In this document: positions 1 through 10,740 of the stretch, in pieces
How positions within the stretch are numbered: position 1 is the first letter of the stretch
Layout of the letters: the number at the start of each line of letters is the position of its first letter
DNA from: Felis catus
Lineage: Eukaryota
Length of the DNA: 64,000 bases
Direction of reading: 5' to 3'
Assembly (NCBI RefSeq): GCF_018350175.1
Contig: NC_058383.1
Location: forward strand, 10,914,001 to 10,978,000
Translations under genes and position numbers: made by a program
Notes under the pieces: generated by a model
What the model was told of the DNA's origin: nothing
Seen by the model: only the letters and a program-made list of their open reading frames with translations
Database searches by the model: none

Positions 1-2561
1 AGTATGTGGCACTGAAGAAAAGGAATGGTCTTATCTGGACAACTGAGACAGTCTCACAAGATTTCCAGAATGGAATAGATACTCGGATTCTTTCCAGTTG
101 CTTATGTGTCCCTTACCTTCCCCAATGATCTCAGGGCCAATCTGAGTTCATTTGGGATGGAACTGCACACTTTGCTGTAATAAATGAAGTGTGTCAAAGA
201 GCCCAGGTACAACCCAGAGCCGACCAGCCTGCTCCCCAGGTGCAGGGGAAGGAGAGGGTGATTTAACACCTTCCCACTGTTCGGAAGACCACTGGAAGTA
301 CTTGACACAGCCATGGTGGCTAATTTCACACTTGAACAGCTTCATTGTCCCTGGTTTCCTTTTTCCTCTCTAATCCGTTGTTCAAAAATTCCCTTTATTC
401 TTAGCTGAAAACTTCCTCAAGCGCATGTACCTTAATTATTATAACAAACACAAGGTCTTGAAAGGGGGCTAAAAAGGTGGTTATGGGGGCACCTGGGTGG
501 CTCAGTCGGTTAAATGTCTGACTCTTGATTTTGGCTTAGCTTATGGTCTCATGGTTTGTGAGTTCAAGCCCAGAGTCAGGCTCTGTGCAGCACAAAGCCT
601 GCTTGGATTCTCTCTTCCTCTTTCTCTGCCCCTCCCCTGCTATCTCTCTCTCTTTCTCAAAATAAATGAACATTTAAAAAATAAAATAAAATATGCTTTA
701 AAAAAAAAAAAGCATTTTTCACCAGAGAAAGAGGAAAGGCTTGTAAAATGCAAAGATAAAGACCCAAGAATTTGGACAAAGAGAAGAAGGAAGGAATGGG
801 GACATTTGTTTTCAGTATGTAAACGAGATTCCTTTTCTTGGTGTTATCAGAGCAAGGCTATAGGTTATGCATTTGCTTTGGAAATAACTTCCCTGACACA
901 ACTTTACCCTGAGGTTTCTGAGTCTTCTACAATAGTTTTGACAGATATATATTCTGAAAGGGTGTGCTGCTTGCATTACTAGTTATTTCATGAGTTATAT
1001 CATCTCATCAGTCAGATATGATAACAGGTCCACCTTAATTCAATGATAAGAGTCAGCCTCAGTAAATGTATTTTCTCAAATATTAGCCTATAAGGTATTT
1101 TTACAATGAGCAATATATTTCTTCGGTCAGAAAAGAAACATGGACGTGTTGTTCACATTTAAAAATAATGTTTGGAATGCTAAATTATACCATGTAATAT
1201 TTATAGAACACTCAACTTAGAGTTTCTAATGTATTTTCGTTTACATATCATCTGAGCCCCACAAATCCCTGAGGAAGGCAGAGAAAATATTACAGAGCTT
1301 TTACATTTTAAAAATTAAGTTACATGGGGCGCCTGGGTGGCTCAGTCGGTTAAGCGTCCGACTCTTGATTTTGGCCCTAGGTCATGATCTCCCGGTTAGT
1401 GAGTTCGAGCCCTGCATCCGGCTCTCTCTCTTCATCTCTCTCTGCCCCTCCCCTGCTTGTGCACGCAAGCTCTATCAAAATAAATAAAGTTTAAAAAAGT
1501 AAAAAATTGTTACACGACTACAGCAATGTGAACATAATATTAAATAGAAAACCATATTCATCTAAATCCTGTAAACCCCCCCCCCCATATCTTTATTTCA
1601 ACAAGTTTTACACAGATAGTAGGTTTATTGCATAGGGCAGGTGCTTGCACAAAAGACACAGCAAGAGCTGGAAGGTCGGTTTAGATCACATCTACATTAT
1701 TAATTGTTATGAATAAATTATAGCTCGGATCTAGTTTTTGTTTTTGTTTTCCACTTTTGAAAGAGTTCTGATAAAAGGTCATTTATCTAGCATTCTAAAT
1801 ATTCAAATTATCCAAACAGAAAACTGTCCAAAAACAGTGGTTTAGAATCAGTTAAAAAAGTATCTTTGTAGGGCGCCTGGGTGGCTCAGTTGGTTAAGCA
1901 CCTGACTTTGGCTCAGGTTGTGATCTAGTGGTTCATGGGTTCAAGCCCCACATCAGGCTCTGAGCTGACAATCTACTTGGAACTCTCTCTTTCTCTCTCT
2001 CTCTGCCCCTACCCCACTTACACTCTCTCTCTCAGAAGTAAACAAACTTAAAAAAAAAAAAAAGTATCCTTGTAATAACGAAGGATTTATCTTCTAACAG
2101 GGAGATACCCTCCAAAATCTAACGATGTCACTGTGGCCCAACCTGTGTAATTTGGATGGAGTTGTACAAATCCTAATTGAGAACATTGATATAAAAGATC
2201 ACACTGGCACCTTACAAATGACATATATTTTATGGCCCATTCTCTCAATAAACAGTGCTTATGCATACTGTAAAGAAAAACCAAGAAACCAGACCCAGAA
2301 GATATTGGGCCTCCATTGGGGCCGTTATGGGAAAAAAGACCTCTGTTTAGTTTCAATCAAAAGCCTGGATGTATTCCTGAAACTAATGTAAATTGTGTCC
2401 ACTGTATTTCAATAAAAATACGATAAAATAAAATATTAGAAAAAGAGACTGGGGAGCCTGGCTGGCTCGGTTGATAGAGCACGGGACTTTTCATCTCAGG
2501 CTTGTGGGTTTGAGCCCCAGGATGGGTGTAGATATTACTTGAAAATTAAAAATAGATCTTG

Positions 2562-2596
2562 AAACAAACAAACAAACAAACAAACAAACAAACAAA
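2562..2596 (+). repeat. (AAAC)n microsatellite forming a SINE tail
   Basis: About 8 perfect AAAC units. Confidence 0.95.
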
Positions 2597-3659
2597 AGAC
2601 TGGGTGTGTTGTGAAAAATGGGTATGTCAAAAGCACTTCAACTTTTGCTTAGAATGACCGTTTTGGACGATCGAAAATTCATGACAGAGTCACAGAAAGA
2701 TTAACTTATGCAGTTTGGATTCAAAAGAGTATCTTTAAAAAGAGCATTAAATGATCTCTCAACAACGGTAACCTTGACCAAGTGGCGTGAGCATGGTTCT
2801 GTCGGCATGGGTGGTCAGGGTTTCCTATCCAGGGTGGGTCCATGTCAAATAGTCCCATGCTAATGGAGAAGGCAGACTTCTGATACCAAGCATTAAAAAC
2901 CCCAGGAGAATGTGATTATTTTTTTTACTTTTAAATGTTTATTTATTTTTAAGAAGGAGAGAGAGAGAGAGCGAGAGAGAGAGAGAGAGCGGTGGAAGGG
3001 CAGAGAGAGAGAGGGAGACACAGAAGCTGAAGCAGGCTCCAGCTGTCAGCACAGAGCCTGCTGCAGGGCTTGAACTCATGAACTGCGAGATCATGACCTG
3101 AGCCGAAGTTGGCCCCTGAACCAATTGAGCCACCCAGGCGCCCCTGATCACTTTTTTTAAAAGACTGGTGAACACATTCAGACATTACCACTTGCTATTT
3201 AAAAGTAGTGGGGGCACCTGATGACTCTGTCGGTTAAGCATCCGACTCTTGGTTTTGGCTCAGGTCATGCTCTCGCGCTTTTGAGACTTCAAGTCCCACA
3301 TCGTGCTCTACGCAGGTAGCACGGAGCCTGCCTGGGATTCTCTCTCTCCCTCTCTCTCTCTGCCCCTTCCCCACTCGAGCTGTCTCTGTCTCTCTCAAAA
3401 TAAATAAACCTAAAAAAAAAAAAAGCAGTCAACAAGGCTGTAAACCCAGTCTATATGAAAATGCATTTGTGCCTGGTGTAAGTTCACAGCTGGTCTACAT
3501 CCATCTGTTGACTGGCCAAGGCCCATTAGACTTGGCTTTTGTCTCTCAGGTATTCAATAGGACGGAGTCATGCTATATGGATACTCATCTGCACACACCA
3601 GGTTAAACGTTAAAAAGAGAAATATTTGAAAAAATCCAAAATAAATAACACGCAAGGTT

Positions 3660-3674
3660 CTGCCACCTGTTGGC
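3660..3674 (-). promoter_or_regulatory. Putative CTCF site
   Basis: Minus strand GCCAACAGGTGGCAG resembles the CTCF core CCACCAGGTGGCAG; lies in non-repeat sequence. Confidence 0.45.
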
Positions 3675-6254
3675 TTCTGTGCCCTTTGGTCTTAAGTGAG
3701 CACAATCCAAGAGCTGCGCATCAAGCTTAGCATGCACATCTTGCTATGCTGAGTGTGATTCTGAACACAGTGAGCTGAGTGCAACTTAACAAAGGATTCC
3801 ACCCCTAAACACAAGTCGTGGTTTTTTGTTTTTTTTTTTTCCCATCTGCTGCACAACCCCCCCAAACCAGCAATTTGATCCTATGGAAAAACAACTCGAG
3901 GTGCTGAGATGGTATTCAGTGGCTCATCACCACGATCACAATGAACACAGCACCTGTCCCCGAGGAGAGGGACCGACTGGCCAACAAAAAGGAACAAGTG
4001 TAATGGTAACTGCCAAGGTGGTGAGCCAGGCCTTCGGAAAGACCATAAAAGTGTATCCGTGACTATAAGACAGAAATTTGAGGGGTACAGCCCCCAACAA
4101 CAGTAGGCAGATTAAAAAAAAAGAAAAGAAAAGAAAAACGAGTTGGCCTCCACACACCCTTCAAACCACACACCATTCCATATGCTGTTTGTTGTCCCAA
4201 AAGGGCCAGCTTTCTATCTAGAGGCAATTCAAAGCTAGCTATCGCTTGAGAAAGTGTTTTAGGATTTAAGAATTTTTATGTATGTATGTATTTATTTATT
4301 TATTTTTTAAATCTTTTTTTTTTTAATGTCTTTTTATTTCTGAGACAGAGAGAGACAGAGCATGAGTGGGGGAGGGGCAGAGAGAGAAGGAGACACAGAA
4401 TCGGAAGCAGGCTCCAGGTTCTGCGCTGTCAGCACAGAGCCCGATACGGGGATCGAACTCACAAACCGTGAGATCATGACCTGAGCCCAAGTCGGTCACT
4501 CAACCGACTGAGCCACCCAGGCGCCCCAGGATTTAAGAGTTTTTAGGAACTGCCTCACCCTCAAAGAAGTTGGGAGTTGTTCATGTAGCAGCAGTTTCAA
4601 AATTCCACACTGAAGTGTTAAATGCATAGAAGCGAGGGGCTATCTCCCAAACAACTTTTTAATGGTGACAGGCATGATCCTGGCCAAATGAACTTTTTTT
4701 TTTTTTTTAGCCTTACCAACTAACTCACTTTCTAACACTCCCAAATGCTACTTCATGACACCAGCGATTCACCCAGTGAATCCTTCCTTCACTGTCCTCA
4801 ACATCCAGTGTCCTCAGGAAACCACCTAAGACTGCGGCCGCATAAAACGTACTCACCGGTGCTCACAGCGGCTGAATGTTTGTCCCTGGAAGGCTGACTG
4901 CTCCCATCAGCTCAATTGCAGACTTTCTCAAAATTTGGTTTGTTCCTTACATAGATGTCACTTTTACGTGCTACTGGGAATACGGAATTTAATAGTCCAG
5001 TATGTTAATGAAATACGAGTGCAAAAAGAAAACTTTTCATGAAAACGAAATGAACGCTTTGGAGAGAGTCGACAAAGGAGAGTCACAATCGGGTTAGGCG
5101 GGGACAAAATGCCTGTAAAAACGTTGCAGGGGAAATCGTAAAAATGTGGAAATCTGCAATCGGACCGCTTCTGCAGGGATCTTTAAAGGCTCCCTCTATC
5201 TTAAAGAATCCCAGCATGGAAATTCTAGATTCGGCTGCCTTATGGGTGCGGTCTATTGCAAGAAAGATGGGGAACGCCAATCTGGAACGAAGAGTCAAAG
5301 GGAAGGTCTTGGACCTACATCAAAAGCCTGGCTGCTCGGAAAGTTTTCTTTCCAGCGACAAAGGCTGGAAAAAGCGCCGTGGTCGCCACCTACCGAGGAG
5401 GAGGGGGAGGGGGAGGGGGAGGATGGCCGGCGTGGTCCCCCCCATCTCCGCTGGGGGGTAAAAATCGCAAAATCACTCGATCTTGTGCTTTACAGAACTG
5501 TCTAAGCCCTCGGGGCTCGAGTTTGGTAAACTTTGGAGTTTCGCTTAGGCGAACAGCAATGTCTCATCCTTTTCGAAATTCGAGAGCTCAAGTTGAGAAG
5601 CAAGAGAATTAGTCGCGGGGGGGGGGAGGTTTCGGTAACCTTTCTTCGCGGTTGACAGAACAAAACGGGCTACACGGCAGGTTTTCTGCTCTCACTCGGT
5701 GGCTTTCCCTCAACTTTCCTTCTAAATGTTGAGTGAGGGGGCGTGAGGAAAGCAAGCCTGGGGTGAGGGGCGGTAAATAAAAACAGGAGCGTCCCCTCCC
5801 GTCGCCCGTCCAAAGTTGGGGCAACAGTCTCTTTCGGACGCTTTTGAGGCAAGCTTTTCAAAACTAACAGAAGTTCTTTGTGTCCCGAAGGGTGGTGCAG
5901 CGCGGAGGAAGTCCCTTGGCGGAGCACGGAGAGCGGCAGGCCGGCTGGGGCTCCCCGGCCTCTGCCGAGTTCCGGCCTCGCAATCGGCAGGGAATCTGGG
6001 GTGCAAGAGTGGGTGCGAGTCCTGGACGGTGGCTGAGGCCGGCTGCATCGGGGCAGTGAGGGGGCGGGGGCTACCCCCGGCCTAGATTTGCGCCCCCGTG
6101 CCCCGGCTCCCCTCCCCCACCCAGGCGGCCGCGCAGGCCCCAGGTGCAGCCATGTTCTTGCTCCCACCACCCGCGCCTCCATTGACAGTCCTTGCCGGAG
6201 AGGGCCGGGCGCCGCGCTCGCCGCGTCCTCGGGTTCGGGGCTCGCCCGCGCGAG

Positions 6255-6332
6255 GCTTCCTGGGAGTCGTAGTCCACCGCCCCCGCCGTCGCGTTGGTGG
6301 GGACCGATCAGAAACTACAACTCCCGCTGGGC
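6255..6332. promoter_or_regulatory. Two divergent ZNF143/THAP11-type ACTAC..TCCC (SBS) motifs
   Basis: Minus strand GGACTACGACTCCCAGGAAGC (6255-6275); plus strand AAACTACAACTCCCGCTGGGC (6312-6332). Confidence 0.75.
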
Positions 6333-6343
6333 GGCGCTGCGGG

Positions 6344-6355
6344 TGCGCACGCGCA
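6344..6355. promoter_or_regulatory. NRF1-like site
   Basis: TGCGCACGCGCA, one mismatch from the palindrome TGCGCATGCGCA, just upstream of the TSS. Confidence 0.6.
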
Positions 6356-6390
6356 GCGCGCCTTCGAGGAACAAAAAAAAAAAAAAAAAA

Positions 6391-6754
6391 AAGGAGGAGG
6401 AGGAGGGTGAGAGAGAAGCTCGGAGAGCAGAGAAAAGGGGCCACCGATCGCCCCCCCGCTTCCCCGCACGCGCTCTCTAGCTGAGGCCGCCCGCCTGCCG
6501 CGGTTATCCCGGCCTCTCCCTCGGTCCCCTGTGATCGGATCTAGGTGCTGAGCGAGGCCCTGCCGGGGCGGCCATGCGGCGGTGACAGGAGCTCGGCCGA
6601 GACGCCCGGGCCCCTCGCCCTCTCACCTCCTGCCCGCTCGCCAACTCGCCTCAGCCTGAAGCTGCTCCGCCGCGGCTGCAGCTCTCGCGCGGCCCACACT
6701 CGCTTCCCTTCTGCTCCCCCGGCCCCGGCGCTGCCTGGAGGCGGCTGCACTCGG
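6391..6754 (+). other. GTF2I: GTF2I exon 1 (non-coding 5' UTR)
   Basis: Ends at a strong donor CGG|GTGAGT (GT at 6755-6756). Joining to exon 2 gives ...CACTCGG|GGATCATGGCCCAA, matching the GTF2I mRNA 5' UTR as I recall it. TSS approximate. Confidence 0.85.
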
Positions 6755-7069
6755 GTGAGTCCCTGTCGCCTCATCCCCCGTCCCCCGCCCCGGTTGCCAT
6801 CGCGAGTAGGGCCTTTATTTGAGACGCGCCCCCTCCGGGGCCTGCACACACTGGGGTCTGGGGGTCGTCGGCGGCAGTGTGGGGGTACCCAACCACCCCC
6901 CCCCCAACCACCCGGCCAGCCGGCGTGGGGGTGGGGCAGGAGCAGACGCGGTCGCGGGGGACGACAGTTGCACGCGCGCGCCTGGGTGCGCGTGGGGGAG
7001 GGGCGCGCGCGCTGGCGCTGCGTGGGGGGGCCTCACGCGTGAGGCCCGCGCGCGAGCGAGCCTGCGGGC

Positions 7070-7206
7070 TGCGCATGCCCGGCCGCTGATTGGCCATCTC
7101 GGGCGGTGCGGGTGCGCGCGCGGTGCCAGGCCCGAGCCGTGGGGTCGCGCTCGGCCTGGTGTCTCCGGGGCTCGTGCGCCCGGGCAGCAGACGCGCCGGA
7201 TTGGCC
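7070..7206. promoter_or_regulatory. NRF1-like site plus two NF-Y CCAAT boxes at the start of intron 1
   Basis: TGCGCATGCC (7070-7079), CTGATTGGCC (7086-7095), CGGATTGGCC (7197-7206). Confidence 0.55.
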
Positions 7207-8214
7207 GGCGGGCGGCCGGGGCGGCGCCGCCGCGCTGCCTGGTAACTGCGGCCGGCGGGCCGGCGGGCCCGGGAGCGCCGCCCCTCCCCGCCCCTGCCCC
7301 TCCCCGCCCCTGCCCGCGCCCAGGTGGAGCCCGGAGTGGGCTTTGTCCCGGGCCCGGCCGGCGCGCCGGCCCCGCGGGCCCGGTTCTTTGGGGGAAATAA
7401 ACACAATGACCGGAAGGAAAACCTCAGCCTTCAGGCCATGAAAATAAGCCGTCTGGATCCCGCCAGCACCCAGACGGGGTTTCGGGGAGGGAAGAAGATA
7501 AAAAACTGTCCTCTTTCCCTTCTCTCTCCCTCCCTCCACTTTTACCCAAGTTTTGCCCTTTAATAAAGCAAGTTGGGTTTTGTTTTGTTTCGTTTTCTTT
7601 TTTGCTGCTGAGAATGTTCAGAGGTCTACTTCCACTGTTGGAGCAGTGCTCGCTCCTGCTGATGGGGTGGCTCCGTGCAGACTTCTCACCTCTCGCAGAC
7701 AATGGCTTGATAGGCCATGCAGAAAAGTAGTCTTTGGGTGTTCAGGAAACAAAAGGGGGAAGTTAGTTTGCGAATGTGGGTGCATTAGAGTGTCCCGAGG
7801 AGGCCGAGCCTTCTCCCGAGACTAAGGCCTACGACTGTGACATTTACTCCTGCGACTGTGTGTTTTGTCAGTTCTTCAGCCCGAGTTCTGCCTGGCGCTT
7901 CTTTCCTTTTGCCTACTTGTTTGGACCTTGGCTCACACTTTTCGGCCGGAAGGACTTTTTCTTCCCTTCAGGCTCTCCCTTCTTGCTTATAGGCAAGATC
8001 CGCTTCTTGCGTTGTTCGGTCAGAATTTGTTCGTACGGGGTCCCAATCAACTTGTTTGCCCCTAGGAGGGCATCTTTTATTTACCCAAGGAGTGTGTTTG
8101 GTTGTCTTGTGTACTAGTCGGTAGGTAGGGGTAGGTAGGAGGGCTAGGGATTAAGCTTTTTCCGCCTTTGTCTCCCTCGAAGTGTACTCCCCGCCCAAGA
8201 GCCTTGTATACAGT

Positions 8215-8405
8215 AGTAAGAATAGCTAACATTTGAATGTTTCTTAAGTGCCCGGCATCGCTCTTAAGCGCTTAACGCGTATTTTCTTATTTAATCTTCA
8301 AAACAGCCCCGTAATTCCCCTGTGTAGATGAGGAACAAGTCTGGAGAAGCGGAACTCAGCAAGTCAACCTTGACTCCAAGATTTGAACCTAGGCAGTATG
8401 ACTCG
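8215..8405 (-). mobile_element. MIR element
   Basis: Reverse complement of the MIR core and 3' end (aatagctaacattt...agatgaggaa...gatttgaacctaggcagt). Confidence 0.8.
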
Positions 8406-8417
8406 TAACCCCTAAGC

Positions 8418-8585
8418 CAGTGGCTTTCAAAGTCTGGAGCATCAGCAACCCCTGGAGGGCTTGTTAAAACACTTTGCCCGGCCGCACCCCAGACATTCCG
8501 ATTCTGCAGGTCTGGGGTGGGGCCCGGGCGTTCGCCTTTCTAACTAGTTCCCAGGCCGCCCCACCGCGGCACTTTGAGAGCCATT
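8418..8585. mobile_element. MER5A-like hAT-Charlie DNA transposon relic
   Basis: CAGTGGCTTTCAAAGT...ACTTTGAGAGCCATT terminal inverted repeats; internal 'gggcttgttaaaac...gcaggtctggggtggggccc' typical of MER5A. Confidence 0.8.
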
Positions 8586-10484
8586 CACCGCGGTGCAAAA
8601 TTAAGTTGTAAGTGTGGGAAATGGTTCTAGATTCTCATTAAAGCTTTTCATTACTTTAAAACTGCGTCTTAAAGAACCAAAAATAATTCAGACTGCTTAC
8701 TGTCGATTGCTTGGAAAGCTGATTGAGAGTTGAGAATTTTTGTTAGCTATGATTACGAAATTAAAAGTTTAATGAGTCTCCGGTTTTAAAAGGAGCCACG
8801 GATTTAAGTATAGGATAAAATTAGAAGACTAAATAATCTTAGCTTTTTTTTTCCCCCCCACTCAGTCATTTATCAATTTATTTATGGCACTGGCATTTAT
8901 TATCTTCTCCCAGAGATGGCTGAGGCATCCCATCTCCACCACAGAGTCTAAAGTCTGGGAGCCAGAAAGGAGTGTGATAGGCCTGAACTTGACATTTAGA
9001 TGGGGGAGGTGCTGAGCACCTGTAGCCCAGAATCTCCCCCCACCCCACTCCTTCCAAGCCCCGGGTACCTCCAGTGATTTGGTTTACTTTTTTTTTTTTT
9101 TTTTTTTTTGTAAGCTCCGTGCCCAACCTGGGGCTTGAACTGAGGACCTTGAGATCAAGAGTCACTTGCTCCACTGACTGAGCAGCCTGGCATGCCAGTT
9201 TGTTTCCCTTTTAATAATGACTGCAAAGACTGTCCTTAAAATGTAGGTTTCTGGTGTTTTCTTGGAGCACAAGTCTTGAAAGGAAGATTTTTCCTTTATT
9301 ATAATGGATTTCCTTTTGGAAGAAAGTAACTCAAATTAGGTAGAAGGAATGGGATCGGTTTACAGTTATGTTCTGCCATTTTTGATGATCCATAGATTGC
9401 TCGTGTGTTCCAAAACAAAATAGAAAAGACCATGGCCCTTCTCCAGGTTGTTATTAGAGAGCTGTAAATAAAACACTGACAAATCACTAAACACTTAACC
9501 TTTCCTGTTATTATTGCTGACTAGCTTGTACATTGCATTCCACACCTAATTCAGTTCTACCGTGGTTTCATTCTTCCTTGAAAACATGAGTGTAAATATT
9601 GCAGTTCTCCTCATAACTGCTGTGGTATCATTAACATGAAATTGTTTTAACCACTAGCTGAAACAGATGCTGATCCAGTGATTTTTAGGTATGTCTGAGG
9701 GAAAGTATTTTGTGAAGAGTTGTTTGAGAAGTAATATTCTGAGAACAGCATTTCACTTTTTAGAAATACATTAGAGGACAATTTACCCTAAAGAGAATGG
9801 CCAAGAATTTTATCACTAGCAATCTCCTAATCACCGGTAGCACTTTTCTTTATAAAAGTTGTATACTTTCATTCCGGTTAAGCTTATTCATTGTTACTAA
9901 CTGAAAGAAAATGGGAAATGCAATCAGTCAGTTGGTTATAATTGTAGAGTTGAGATTCCTTGTAGTCAATGCTGTTAAAATAACATGCAGTATATTCACT
10001 TAACCAGTATGTAGCCTGAGGGACCTGTCTGGGAAATACAGCTAAGAAGTCAGATGTACACTGGAAAAATGATGCGGCCAAGTCATCATGAGTGCTGAAG
10101 GTAGTATCTTGATACTCAAGTTTCCATTTTTTCTCATTTGCCCTGTACTGTTTTCTTCTCTCTTGTCTGTAGTTTGCTGGAGCTCTCCCACTGCAGTTTT
10201 CCTGGTTTTGTTTTCTTTCTTTCTCTTTGTTTCTACAGTCCTTGCCTTCCTACCCCTGGCTTGTTTCTGTTTTCTTGCTGGCACGGCTTTTTTTCCACTT
10301 TGGCCTAGTGGGAAAGTAAGAGAAAGTTCTAGATAGTCAGGAATTTTCAGAGTTGATGGGAGAATTGACTCATTGTACCTTGGTTGTAACTTGGTTGAAA
10401 ACTATAGAGGATTTTTAAAGAATTAGTCTGTTTACAATGTAACTTGAGAAACAAAATGAATTTATAAATTGCAAGAGATGAAGG

Positions 10485-10740
10485 ACGATGGCTCAGTGTG
10501 GCTATAGACACAGGTTCCGAAATCAGACTGCCTGGATTCAACTCCTGGCCTGTGCTACTTCTGATTATTACCTTGAGCAATTCACTTCACATTTTTGTGT
10601 TCAGTTTCCCTCTTTTAAGAAATAGGAAAGATAATGATAGAACCTGTTTCTCTTGTAGATTGTTGGGAAGATTGAGGGAGGTAAAACTGCCTGGCATTGT
10701 ATCTGGCCAACAGTAAGCATTCAGTAAATATTAGCAATAA
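10485..10740 (+). mobile_element. Near full-length MIR
   Basis: cagactgcctggattcaactcc...accttgagcaa...cagtttccc...agtaagcattcagtaaatattagc follows the MIR consensus. Confidence 0.85.

Larger units (their letters stand above)
5880..7430. promoter_or_regulatory. GTF2I: CpG-island promoter of GTF2I
   Basis: Very GC- and CpG-rich block containing GC boxes, ZNF143-type, NRF1-type and CCAAT motifs, surrounding exon 1. Boundaries approximate; CpG-enriched shoulders extend to about 5090 and 8600. Confidence 0.93.

Noticed and set aside
497..982. 161-aa ORF and the many MAQSVKRPTSAQVMIS-type ORFs across the window
   Set aside because: These are translations of Can-SINE sequence, mostly from non-ATG starts.
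5083..7563. Many long overlapping ORFs (up to 211 aa) on both strands
   Set aside because: Stop-poor GC-rich CpG island; Arg/Pro/Gly/Ala low-complexity products with no recognisable domain.
10042..10336. Lys/Arg-rich minus-strand ORF and hydrophobic plus-strand ORF (possible HMGN-like pseudogene or small membrane protein)
   Set aside because: No HMGN signature (RRSARLSA), no poly(A) or TSD; explained by pyrimidine/purine strand skew.
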